Virus record (IMG/VR): IMGVR_UViG_3300032227_000337
Coordinates: 1 to 44,270 of that record
DNA: 44,270 nt
DNA from: a virus
Taxonomy: Duplodnaviria; Caudoviricetes
Reading direction: 5' to 3' (one strand)
The first letter of the stretch is position 1. Each line of letters opens with the position of its first letter. The notes under the pieces were generated by a model. It had not been told where the DNA came from and did not search any database. It saw nothing but the letters and a program-made list of their open reading frames with translations. This document shows positions 1 through 8,580 of the stretch, piece after piece. The translations under genes were made by a program, and so were the position numbers.

Positions 1-2090
1 CCATCCGCCATGTGCACTGCGCCGCCTTGTGCGAACTTCTTACCCTCTAGCACCTGCATCGCAGGATTCAACAGAGCGTCAAACAACGCTGAGTCAGTGA
101 CTTCGCTGCCAGAGTCCATCGGTGCGCCGCTAAGTTGTAACTCATGGCGACCTTTATTTTGCATCGCTCTATAGCGTTGCATCAATAAAGAAGTTGCATC
201 GCCAAGCGTGTCGCCCATATCGCCGCCAGAGTTCTCAAAATACTCTTTAAAGCGCGGATCACTTCTCACTGCGTCAAATGCGCCTAGACTGCCTGCACGT
301 TGTAGCTCATAGCGCATATCATCGGCAGTCTTATGAGAAAGCACAGAAGGATCATTTGTTGCAAAAAAGTTGTACGCAGTGCGTGGTCGCGCAATCTGTC
401 TACTCAAAAACTCAACACGCTCTGGCGGTATTGCGATTAGCGTGCGAAGCTCTCTGTCTTTTGCCATCTTTCGATACTGTTCAGAATAAAATTCTAAATC
501 TTTAATACTAGGATCAACACCAAAAGTTGTAAATTTTGCAGGATGAGTATGAAAGTCAATTATGTTTGGGTTATTAGGACTGTAAATTGCTACGTCTTTG
601 TTAAAGTCATTTGGCACAACACTGTCTTTAGTGCCGCGAGTGACAAAAGACTCGCCGCCGCTGTTTGTGTTGCCGATAACAGAGTGCTCTAGCCCAGTTT
701 GAGCAGATTGACTCATCGCATCAGTAATCGGCTTGTACTGCTCTGGCGCCTCTCTCTCGACTAGCTGTTTGAACTGACGCATAGCAGCAGCGTTAGTTTG
801 CTCTCCTTGCGGCATCACTTTTTTGACCACGCCCTTAACCATTTTGCCACCACCCGCCATGCGCTGCGGCTGTTGACTCATAAGCGCCAAGTTGGCCAAG
901 TCCATATCTAGCATCTTGTATGCTTGCGGGTCAGTGATCGTGTTCTTGATCGCCTCTTCAGGGGCTGAGTCTACTAGACCGCCTTGAGCGTAGCCCATGC
1001 CACGCAAGATTTCTTCAGTCAGGATGCCGTAGTACGGTTTCATCTGCAAGGCGCGTGTGTCAGCCTGTCTAGGCTCTCTTGGATCTGGTATACCTCTTGC
1101 TGTCACTACATCAGGCAAGTTCTCATATGCGTCGCGTGCTGTACTTGGATCAGCGAGCAAAGACCTAATATCGCGTTCGGGAGGAAACACTTTTGGGTTC
1201 AACTCAAACAAACTGCGGTCATCAGCAAGGCGTCCTACGCCTTCGCCCGGCACGCCCTTTGGATATGACGGGTGACCAGAGTGTTCAATTATTGGTTTGT
1301 CAGCAAAGATTCGACCGACATTCATCAAGTAACCTTCGGGGGCGTTTAACTGCCGTGGATCAGCCACAGATAGCCGCGCCTCACCAATCCCTAATCCGCC
1401 TTCATTGCGAAATGTTTTATCCATAGACGCTTTGAGTGCTTTGCGTGCAGCATCTGGTAATTCTCGATACTGTGCAATGCTGTCAGGGCTGTCAATGCCC
1501 TTCCAGTTAGGGATAAACTGCCTGATCTCTTTATCTAAAGATCGCTTTGTACCTTTGCCCATATTGGATTCAGCGAAAGACAACATAGTCTCGCCCGTCA
1601 TATGAGCAAAGTCGCCACCTGTGGGTGCCATACGCCAATTCATCATGAGCGGATCTTTGCCTGTCAGCGCTTTAGCTGCAGCAGCCTGCATCATAATTGC
1701 TCGAACAGGATCTTCGGCAGATGCCCAAACTTGTCCGGGGTTCTCAAACATGTAGTCTTGACCGCCACGCAAATTGATGGGGCGCTTTAACTGAACATCA
1801 TTGATGCCTGTTAGTGTGCCACCCGCAGCAGTTCTATCTGACATGCTAGAAACAAAGCCATGACCTTCGTAGTCAGGTAAGTACAGGCTTGGGACATCTT
1901 GAGCGGACCGCTTCTCAACTGTTGTGGTTAAATCATTGAGTCGTTGTTGCTCTTTGACGCGCTCATCAAAGCGAGGATCAAAGCCAGTGTCTCCCATGCG
2001 CGTGGTCTGCTCAGATGGCAGCGCCCCCGAGGCTTTTTTAGGCGTCACAAAGTCTATAAACGCATTCGCTGCTTTCTTTGCTTTAGCCAT
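1..2090 (-). CDS. Large multi-domain late protein (>=696 aa, truncated at window edge): unknown N-terminal domain plus JAB/JAMM-like domain, with AxGG linkers
   Basis: Absent from the ORF track because it has no stop in the window. Manual translation from ATG at 2090 (2 nt after the terL stop; MAKAKKAANAFIDFVTPKK...) is open to position 1. Contains E468...DFHTHP(512-517)...PSIKD(527-531) and the motifs YAQGG, MAGGG, FAQGG and MADG at the edge. Confidence 0.85.
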   Translation of the reverse strand, partial: MAKAKKAANAFIDFVTPKKASGALPSEQTTRMGDTGFDPRFDERVKEQQRLNDLTTTVEKRSAQDVPSLYLPDYEGHGFVSSMSDRTAAGGTLTGINDVQLKRPINLRGGQDYMFENPGQVWASAEDPVRAIMMQAAAAKALTGKDPLMMNWRMAPTGGDFAHMTGETMLSFAESNMGKGTKRSLDKEIRQFIPNWKGIDSPDSIAQYRELPDAARKALKASMDKTFRNEGGLGIGEARLSVADPRQLNAPEGYLMNVGRIFADKPIIEHSGHPSYPKGVPGEGVGRLADDRSLFELNPKVFPPERDIRSLLADPSTARDAYENLPDVVTARGIPDPREPRQADTRALQMKPYYGILTEEILRGMGYAQGGLVDSAPEEAIKNTITDPQAYKMLDMDLANLALMSQQPQRMAGGGKMVKGVVKKVMPQGEQTNAAAMRQFKQLVEREAPEQYKPITDAMSQSAQTGLEHSVIGNTNSGGESFVTRGTKDSVVPNDFNKDVAIYSPNNPNIIDFHTHPAKFTTFGVDPSIKDLEFYSEQYRKMAKDRELRTLIAIPPERVEFLSRQIARPRTAYNFFATNDPSVLSHKTADDMRYELQRAGSLGAFDAVRSDPRFKEYFENSGGDMGDTLGDATSLLMQRYRAMQNKGRHELQLSGAPMDSGSEVTDSALFDALLNPAMQVLEGKKFAQGGAVHMAD

Positions 2091-2092
2091 GA

Positions 2093-3487
2093 TCACATCG
2101 CATAAGGGTTCTCACGCCGGATCCGTCGATCCTCGTCATACTCGTCATCATAATGCACAACTGGGTCAATTTCAATGAAGTTCATGTCGCGCAGCACTCT
2201 GAGCGCCTGACTGAGCGCGTCACAGTAATCGTCGTGCTTCGCGTTAGGAAAGCTGCAGACTTGCGTGACGAAGGGGTTGAGCCACTTGCGTGGCTTGCCC
2301 GGTCTGTCTTCAGACTCGGGCAAGTAGACGCGCCCGCGCATGATGAGCGGGGCGACCAAGTTCAAGCGCATAGTCTTATCAGCGCGCCCGGGGTTGTAGC
2401 TGCGCACGGGCAAATTGGCGCGTTGCAGGTCTTGGATAAGCGAGATGCCGGCCGACTTGTCCTCAATCAGGATTAAGTCAACCTTCTTGCCGTTCCCAAA
2501 CTCGTTCTCGTCACCATATATAGAGGTGGCCTCTTCAATCACCTTGGGGCGCAGGTCAGGGTAGAGCATGTGCTCCGACCACGCGTCGATCACCATTGCT
2601 GACATGGCCTTGTCGGGCGAGGGGCGAAAGATTCCGAGCACCACGCAGGCGGTCGGATCGTTGGAGGTCTTGTCCGAGGTTGCGCAGTCGTAGCTTTGGA
2701 CAACGTACTCAAACTGAGGCAGCGGGCGATCGGCGGGCCAGAGCTTGAACCAGCTCTCACTGACGATGCCGCCCTCAAGGTCGCTGATCAGCTCGGCATA
2801 TAACTCCTGGCGGCCAAGCTGAGTGCCCTCAAACTGACTGAGCTCGTCAATGAATGACTTGGCGAGGTTGTCTTTGTTCTCAAAGGTCGAGCCCGTGGTC
2901 ATGATGGTTGAGCTGTCATCATCCTCGGCCTCTTCTACCAGTTGCCGGACCAAGTCAATTGGCTTGGGGGTCGTGGTCACAATCACCTTGGGGTTCTGAC
3001 CAAGCCGCAGCCCAAACTTCATCATTGACCAGACCTCGTCCGGGTACTGGTACGCCGCGGCCTCATCAGCCCAGACAATGTGGTGCTGTGGCCCGCGTAA
3101 CCGGCTAGGCTCTTCGGCTGAGAACCCGCGGATGATGCTACCATTCTTGAGTGTGACCTCAAGCAGTGACTTGTTATAACCGGATATGATTGAAGGCGGC
3201 AGGATAGACATGAGCCCAGACTCGCCCTCGAGGCAAACGGCTCTTACGTCATTAGTGGTCGGGGCAATGATGCCACATCGGGTGTTGGGGTGTGTGGCGG
3301 CGTACCAACCGATCGCCTGCGCCCCGGTCTTGGTCTTACCCCAGCCACGCCCTGCTAAGATGAGCCAAGTCGTCCACCAGTCGCCGTCTGGCATGATCTG
3401 CTTAGGGCGTGCGGTGTCAAACCAAGACTCACGCCAGTCGAGCATAACGAGCTCATCAATACTGAGCTCGACTAGCTCCTCAGCCAT
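2093..3487 (-). CDS. terL: Terminase large subunit
   Basis: Walker A LAGRGWGKT, Walker B IVWADE, motif III VTTTP, RNase H-like nuclease motifs (SYDCA...NDPTA; HDDYCDA). Confidence 0.95.
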   Translation of the reverse strand: MAEELVELSIDELVMLDWRESWFDTARPKQIMPDGDWWTTWLILAGRGWGKTKTGAQAIGWYAATHPNTRCGIIAPTTNDVRAVCLEGESGLMSILPPSIISGYNKSLLEVTLKNGSIIRGFSAEEPSRLRGPQHHIVWADEAAAYQYPDEVWSMMKFGLRLGQNPKVIVTTTPKPIDLVRQLVEEAEDDDSSTIMTTGSTFENKDNLAKSFIDELSQFEGTQLGRQELYAELISDLEGGIVSESWFKLWPADRPLPQFEYVVQSYDCATSDKTSNDPTACVVLGIFRPSPDKAMSAMVIDAWSEHMLYPDLRPKVIEEATSIYGDENEFGNGKKVDLILIEDKSAGISLIQDLQRANLPVRSYNPGRADKTMRLNLVAPLIMRGRVYLPESEDRPGKPRKWLNPFVTQVCSFPNAKHDDYCDALSQALRVLRDMNFIEIDPVVHYDDEYDEDRRIRRENPYAM

Positions 3488-3809
3488 CTTTGAGCCGTCG
3501 GGCTGCGATCTTCTCTATTAGAGATACCCGCATCTCAACCGGACCGCCCCCGTCGCCAACGTGCTCGGTTCTGGCCAACTTTGGAATGTGGTACTCGCTG
3601 ACCTGTAGCACCAGTTCAATGGCAACTTTCGGACCGTGCTTAGGATCAACAGCGACCTGCTCAAGCCACTCTTGCATACGGTGGGCATTCCCATCCACGA
3701 AGGCCGCAAAAGCCTCTCTGGCGAGCGTTGTGGCCTTATTAGGCACGCCCACAGCGCGGCCGCCCGTTTTCGGTCTACTTTTTTCTACTTTAGATTTTGA
3801 GTTATCCAT
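3480..3809 (-). CDS. terS: Terminase small subunit (probable)
   Basis: Directly upstream of and overlapping terL; N-terminal KTGGRAVGVPNKAT and C-terminal EHVGDGGGPV are typical of TerS proteins. Confidence 0.75.
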   Translation of the reverse strand: MDNSKSKVEKSRPKTGGRAVGVPNKATTLAREAFAAFVDGNAHRMQEWLEQVAVDPKHGPKVAIELVLQVSEYHIPKLARTEHVGDGGGPVEMRVSLIEKIAARRLKDG

Positions 3810-3857
3810 TCTTAAATTGTATCAAAATCACAATAAAAACAACATTTTTATCAAAAC

Positions 3858-3872
3858 TAGGGAAAACCCCTA
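3858..3872. promoter_or_regulatory. Palindromic operator-like site TAGGG-AAAAC-CCCTA
   Basis: Inverted repeat in the AT-rich divergent intergenic region between terS and the early cassette. Confidence 0.4.
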
Positions 3873-3895
3873 TAAAATAGTTATCACAACGTGTG

Positions 3896-3911
3896 TAATC
3901 GTGCTACTATT
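3896..3911 (+). promoter_or_regulatory. Extended -10 promoter TAATCGTGCTACTATT
   Basis: TGn-TACTAT; a 14/16 identical copy lies at 15402-15417 upstream of the other early cluster. Confidence 0.6.
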
Positions 3912-3960
3912 TGTTTGTGGGCGAACCACACCAACCTGATAAACAGACCGAGGAAATACC

Positions 3961-4359
3961 ATGAAAGCCATTAAAATCAATGCAGAAAACGTAGCCGCCA
4001 TCCAAGCCGCACTTCTTGCTGTTAACGGCAAATCTTGCACACACACTTTTAACGCCCTTGAAATTATTATTATTGCCGAGGCCGCCGAGGTTAAAACGCT
4101 TGGCCTGCTCGGCAACAAAAAAGACGTAATCGGGGCAACGGTGTTTGCAGGCTCGGGTGACAAACTGCCAAACGCTTACAAGTACGGCAGGCATGTCAAT
4201 CAAATCACGATTCAGCGCCGCGCCAGCGGCTGGTGGTTAGTCTACATTTGTTGTTTCGGAACAATAGACAAAAGCGCCGGAAGCACTAGACTCACTTTGA
4301 CCCCCGAGCAAGACGCAAAAGCCGTCGCGCGTTTTAAGAAAGCCTACCAAGTCAAATAA
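3961..4359 (+). CDS. Hypothetical early protein
   Basis: 132 aa ORF with a GAGGA RBS, downstream of the promoter motif. Confidence 0.8.
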   Translation: MKAIKINAENVAAIQAALLAVNGKSCTHTFNALEIIIIAEAAEVKTLGLLGNKKDVIGATVFAGSGDKLPNAYKYGRHVNQITIQRRASGWWLVYICCFGTIDKSAGSTRLTLTPEQDAKAVARFKKAYQVK

Positions 4360-4366
4360 ATTAACC

Positions 4367-4384
4367 AACCCGCTACGGCGGGTT
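4367..4384 (+). repeat. Intergenic hairpin AACCCGC-TACG-GCGGGTT (copy 1)
   Basis: Perfect stem with a cUACGg tetraloop between a stop codon and the next RBS; the core recurs at 4662-4677. Confidence 0.75.
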
Positions 4385-4397
4385 AAAGGAAACCAAA

Positions 4398-4634
4398 ATG
4401 AACAAAGGCAACATCAATTTCATCACCAAGCAAGCCGAACAACTGCGCTCAGTCCTTGAGCACTTACAACTCAAGCATGAAGACCTCCAAGAGCACTTTG
4501 ATAGCGGCTCTGAGAAATGGCAAGAGTCCGAGAAAGGTGAGAAATGGCAAGAGTGGTTGTCTACCCTTGAGGACGCTATCAACAACCTTGAGGCATCCCT
4601 GACCTCTCTTGAAGAGATCGCACAGTACGAGTAA
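4398..4634 (+). CDS. Small acidic helical early protein
   Basis: 78 aa, AAGGA RBS, Glu-rich, SEKWQESEKG motif. Confidence 0.8.
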   Translation: MNKGNINFITKQAEQLRSVLEHLQLKHEDLQEHFDSGSEKWQESEKGEKWQEWLSTLEDAINNLEASLTSLEEIAQYE

Positions 4635-4661
4635 AACAAACCACCCTGTCCTGTTCATATG

Positions 4662-4682
4662 ACCCGCTACGGCGGGTTTTTT
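4662..4682 (+). terminator. Rho-independent terminator
   Basis: ACCCGC-TACG-GCGGGT stem-loop followed by a T run. Confidence 0.8.
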
Positions 4683-4684
4683 AA

Positions 4685-4868
4685 TGGAACTTTATCGGAA
4701 CTATGGGTTTTTTTATTATTATCATCAAACCCTAGAAAACATTGCTGCATGCCAGGTGGAACTATTGGACGCGTCGCAAGGCTAGCGTACCAATTGAAAG
4801 TTCCACTGTCAAGCCCTTGCCCAAGTGGAACTTTTCTCTGAGTTCCACCTCAGTTCCACCAGTTCCAC
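4685..4868. repeat. Iteron-like array (AGTTCCAC/GTGGAACT), putative replication origin
   Basis: Exact 8-mers at 4756, 4799, 4825, 4841, 4852 and 4861 in both orientations, partial copies at 4685 and 4697, an adjacent AT-rich tract, all just 3' of the primase-helicase gene. Confidence 0.65.
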
Positions 4869-4876
4869 TAAGTATT

Positions 4877-6892
4877 TTAGCCATTCTTTTCAAGCATCCA
4901 AGCACTTGTAATCACCTCATTTTTGATGGCCCATCCGTCCTCCAAAACGGCTAAAACATCAGCGTTTACAAGGCCTCCGATGAATTTGTCATTGCTTGAC
5001 TGGCAGTACTTATTTGCGCTCGCTGCGCTCAATCCATCGTTCTCAATGAGGAACTGGAGCATCCCCTCACGGCTCACAAAAGGCATATTTTCATGCATTA
5101 AACAGTGGTTTTTAAACCACGATCTTTTAAATCTTTTTAAACTTTCATCAACTTTTGTGTCTTTTTTGACACTAACTTCTGGTTCTACGAGCTCAACCAC
5201 GGCGGTTGTGACGGGCTGTCCATCCTCATCAAACCAGCCCGGAATCTGCACCCCGATCAACTTGGCGTAGACCGTGGCGGCCAACTCCGAGTCCTTTGAC
5301 TTGCGCTGCACGATCTCAATGGGACGGTTCTCAATTGCTGGTACAACGCTAATCTCAATATCCAATGCGCCCTTCCAAGCTGATGACCCGCGCGCCCGGT
5401 GCTGCGCCTCTTCCGAGACACCCGTGTGATGCACCAAGATCACTGAGCAATCAAACTCTTTCATAAGCCTTGCACAGGCATCTAGCATGGTCTTTGCATC
5501 TTGGGCGGAGTTCTCGTCGCCTAGCAAGTGGCGGTGCATGGTGTCAACCACGATCAGGCATGGCTTGACGCCCAGTGCGCGGATCGCCTCAGCGACCTTG
5601 TTGTAGCCCTCTGGAGTGTTTAAATCCACGCCCTCTGGGCTGATCCACATCTCAAGGTGTTTGACGTTGTGGTGAGCCTTCCAACCCGCTATGCGCCCCC
5701 GTAGCCCATGGTGCCCCTCGCCTGCCAAATAGATCACAGGACCGTTCTTTACATTCTTGTTATTCCACTTAGTAATGGTTGAGGATATCCGTAGTATCCA
5801 GTCTAGGGTGATAAAGGTCTTCCCCCCGCCTGAGGGGCCATGAATCATGATGAGCGCGTTTGCCTGTACCCAATCACGGATGATCCATTTTAAAGGGGCG
5901 GGCTGGGCTGAGAAGTCATCCGCCCCCATGAGCCACTCTTGCAAGGTTGGGGCGAGTAAGAAGGCGAGGTCACCGCCCGCCTGTACATAGTCATTCACGT
6001 CTGACTCTACCGGGCTGACCACGAACCGCGCGCCATGCTTGGCACAGGCCTGCTCGGCATACTTTTGCCCAACCCCTGACTTATCAAAATCCGCCACAAT
6101 CACAATCTCTTGCTTGGGGTCATTCTGGGCGCGCAAAGAGCCGAGCACTGGCACGAGGTTTGATGCACTATAGGCGATGACGCAAGGTCTGCCTGTGGCT
6201 TGGTGAATCGTGGCGGCTGTGGCAAACCCCTCGGCCATGTAGATCACGCCGGGTTCATCAGTCGTGCCGAGCTGCCAAAAGCAGCCCCCAGTTGCCCCGC
6301 CTGTCTGGTAGAGCTTGCCGCCCTCATTGTCTATGTATTGGAGTGAAGAAAGAGTGCCCTCTGAGTCAAACAGCGGCACGACCAGGCGACCATCCCCTGT
6401 GACCCTTGCGCCGTTTGGGTTGATGTTCTTGCGTTTTAGGTAAGGGTGCTCAGGGCTTGCGGCCATGCAGCCTGACCAGATTGTTTCAACAGTGTCGGCG
6501 GCGGTTTCATGCTGCTTGGCACGCTCGGCGTCTCTCAGTGCTCGAGCCTCAGTCATGCGACGAATAATCGCCATCTCTTCGGTTGCCGTTAACTTACGGT
6601 TAACAACCGCCCGCCAATCGTGGGTGATGCCTGAGCGCCAGCAGCCGAATGTGCCTGCGGGCGTGCCATCGTCAAAGGCGATGTACCAACCTGTCTTGTC
6701 ACCCGCGGGCTTGCCACCCTTTTGGCCTGATCTGAAACGGTGAATCTTGCCATCTAAAATGATTGAGTCAGGTGCCGTTAGCCCTGAATTAATGATGGCC
6801 TCCCTGAGTTGGATATCTGGTGGGGCTATGGGTGTTTGGTCTATCGGGGGTGGGGTAAACGCACCACCAAAGATGTGAGAAAGGCTTGCCAT
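4877..6892 (-). CDS. Primase-helicase (TOPRIM + AAA_25/RepA-like helicase)
   Basis: TOPRIM motifs MAEGFATA and VADFD, Walker A HGPSGGGKT, Walker B IVVDT, LVHH...RGSSAW. Confidence 0.9.
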   Translation of the reverse strand: MASLSHIFGGAFTPPPIDQTPIAPPDIQLREAIINSGLTAPDSIILDGKIHRFRSGQKGGKPAGDKTGWYIAFDDGTPAGTFGCWRSGITHDWRAVVNRKLTATEEMAIIRRMTEARALRDAERAKQHETAADTVETIWSGCMAASPEHPYLKRKNINPNGARVTGDGRLVVPLFDSEGTLSSLQYIDNEGGKLYQTGGATGGCFWQLGTTDEPGVIYMAEGFATAATIHQATGRPCVIAYSASNLVPVLGSLRAQNDPKQEIVIVADFDKSGVGQKYAEQACAKHGARFVVSPVESDVNDYVQAGGDLAFLLAPTLQEWLMGADDFSAQPAPLKWIIRDWVQANALIMIHGPSGGGKTFITLDWILRISSTITKWNNKNVKNGPVIYLAGEGHHGLRGRIAGWKAHHNVKHLEMWISPEGVDLNTPEGYNKVAEAIRALGVKPCLIVVDTMHRHLLGDENSAQDAKTMLDACARLMKEFDCSVILVHHTGVSEEAQHRARGSSAWKGALDIEISVVPAIENRPIEIVQRKSKDSELAATVYAKLIGVQIPGWFDEDGQPVTTAVVELVEPEVSVKKDTKVDESLKRFKRSWFKNHCLMHENMPFVSREGMLQFLIENDGLSAASANKYCQSSNDKFIGGLVNADVLAVLEDGWAIKNEVITSAWMLEKNG

Positions 6893-6978
6893 ACAACTCC
6901 CTAAGTTGCCTCGGATAAAAAGGTGACACAGCAGAACGGTGAGGGGACCGTCTTTTCAAGAGCGACTCTAGCTGTGTC
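6893..6978 (-). ncRNA. Putative structured cis-regulatory leader RNA (three-way junction plus RBS hairpin)
   Basis: Outer stem GACACAGC(6925-6932)/GCTGTGTC(6971-6978) encloses ACGGT/ACCGT and AGAG/CTCT hairpins; a CAACT/AGTTG hairpin overlaps the primase RBS. Confidence 0.55.
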
Positions 6979-7018
6979 GTAAAGTGATTAAAAAGGTTTT
7001 ACAACAAAAAACAAATTT

Positions 7019-7204
7019 TTATTTGGCCACGTCCTTGGCTCGTTCAAAGTAACTGTTCAAGGCGGCCAACACGTTATAGGTCGGGTTGGCGTTTTCCTTG
7101 TTGCGGATGTCTCGAATGGTGTTGTAGCTTAGCCCAGTTTGAGCGGCCACATAGGGAATGCTACGATCTTGCAACTTCTTGCGGATTTCATCTAAAGTCA
7201 ACAT
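7019..7204 (-). CDS. Cro/XRE-like HTH regulator
   Basis: SIPYVAAQTGLSYNTIRDIR...NPT HTH pattern; likely ATG start at 7204 with a GAGGTG RBS. Confidence 0.8.
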   Translation of the reverse strand: MLTLDEIRKKLQDRSIPYVAAQTGLSYNTIRDIRNKENANPTYNVLAALNSYFERAKDVAK

Positions 7205-7229
7205 ATTGCACCTCAATTAAATAATACAG

Positions 7230-7263
7230 TTGACAATATACTTTTATTTGTGAAATAATTCAA
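7230..7263. promoter_or_regulatory. Overlapping divergent sigma70-like promoters
   Basis: + strand TTGACA(7230-7235)-N18-AATAAT with TGn; - strand TTGAAT(7263-7258)-N17-TATATT(7240-7235). Confidence 0.6.
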
Positions 7264-7317
7264 TCAATCGCCCAACAGATTGTCTGATCGGCGAGATAAC
7301 AACATAGGAGAGCCATC

Positions 7318-7992
7318 TTGGCTATCAACTTAAAGAGTACGTCCGACTTGTCGGCGAATGGCGTGAAAGCGCTAGTGTACGGGCAGGCCGGGGCGGGTAA
7401 GACTACCCTTGCGGCCACAATGCCGCACCCAGTTATCTTGAGTGCTGAGGGCGGGTTATTGAGCATTAAAGACTCAGGCGTGCCTTACCTTGAGATCAGC
7501 ACCATGTCTGATCTTTGGGAGGCCTATGAGTGGCTGACTGAGGGCGGCGGTCAAGAGTACCAGTCTGTTGTGCTTGACTCAATCTCAGAGATTGCAGAGG
7601 TCTGCTTAAACTCTGAAAAGAAAGTGAACAAGGATCCGCGAGCAGCATATGGCGAGATGCAGACTCAGATGGCTGACATCATAAGAGCATTTCGTGACCT
7701 GCCCGGTCGCCACGTCTTGATGACCGCCAAGGTTGAAAAGACTGCTGATGAGATGGGGCGAATTTTGTATTCACCAAGCATGCCAGGGAACAAGACGGGG
7801 CAGTCATTGCCATATTTTTTTGACCTAGTGCTTGCCCTGCGCGTTGAGAAAGACGCTGAGGGCGTGAGCCAACGGGCTTTGTTATGTGACTCTGATGGGC
7901 TGTGGTTGGCCAAGGATCGTTCGGGAAAACTCGACGCTTGGGAGCCCGCTGACTTTGGCGCGATCATTGAGAAGATTGGGGGTGTGGCATGA
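7318..7992 (+). CDS. AAA_24/Sak4-like ATPase (ssDNA-annealing recombination module)
   Basis: YGQAGAGKTT, VVLDSISE and AKDRSG motifs; TTG start with an AGGAG RBS; near an SSB-like gene and a nuclease. Confidence 0.85.
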   Translation: MAINLKSTSDLSANGVKALVYGQAGAGKTTLAATMPHPVILSAEGGLLSIKDSGVPYLEISTMSDLWEAYEWLTEGGGQEYQSVVLDSISEIAEVCLNSEKKVNKDPRAAYGEMQTQMADIIRAFRDLPGRHVLMTAKVEKTADEMGRILYSPSMPGNKTGQSLPYFFDLVLALRVEKDAEGVSQRALLCDSDGLWLAKDRSGKLDAWEPADFGAIIEKIGGVA

Positions 7993-8201
7993 GCAATAAC
8001 AATCAACCCGCATTTCCAACAACCATAAACCGTGAAATTGTGCGTGGCATGACTCTGCGCGATTACTTTGCGGCAAAGGTCTTGCCCGTAATCTACACAG
8101 AAGCAATCAATTTTGATGAAAGCTACGCAAGTTTTGATGAAGTTGCAGAAGACGCGTATCGACTAGCGGATGCAATGCTCAAAGCAAAGGATAAAGAATG
8201 A
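7989..8201 (+). CDS. Conserved phage hypothetical protein (GMTLRDYFAAK...AYRLADAML type)
   Basis: Recognisable phage small-protein motif; ATGA overlaps on both sides. Confidence 0.8.
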   Translation: MSNNNQPAFPTTINREIVRGMTLRDYFAAKVLPVIYTEAINFDESYASFDEVAEDAYRLADAMLKAKDKE

Positions 8202-8575
8202 GCCTCTACCAAGCATGGCTTAACGCCAAACAGACTGAAGAGACGGCAGTCAAAGTCCGTCGCGACCTTGAAGACCAAATGGTCAAGGAGTTTAATGTTG
8301 CCCCCACGATGGAAGGCACAAAGAACTTCCCGACACCTGATGGCTACTTGGTCAAAATCATTGGGCGCATGACCCGCAAGGTCAACGCTGAGCGCCTGCA
8401 GGAACTGGCCGCTGAGCATGGGCTAAGCGATCACTTGGCTAGTCTTTTCAAGTGGACACCCACGATCGTAAGCGATCAATGGGAGTCTGCAGACCCGAGC
8501 ATTACTGAGCCCTTGCTCGATGCGATCACCACCACAGCTAATCGCCCAACATTCAAAATCATTGTTAAGGAATAA
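8198..8575 (+). CDS. Phage hypothetical protein of the recombination module
   Basis: 125 aa, translationally coupled to the upstream gene. Confidence 0.8.
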   Translation: MSLYQAWLNAKQTEETAVKVRRDLEDQMVKEFNVAPTMEGTKNFPTPDGYLVKIIGRMTRKVNAERLQELAAEHGLSDHLASLFKWTPTIVSDQWESADPSITEPLLDAITTTANRPTFKIIVKE

Positions 8576-8580
8576 ACATC

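Noticed and set aside
278-2178. Several short + strand ORFs in the track
   Set aside because: They are antisense shadows of the continuous minus-strand frame 2090 to 1 and lack RBSs or recognisable motifs.
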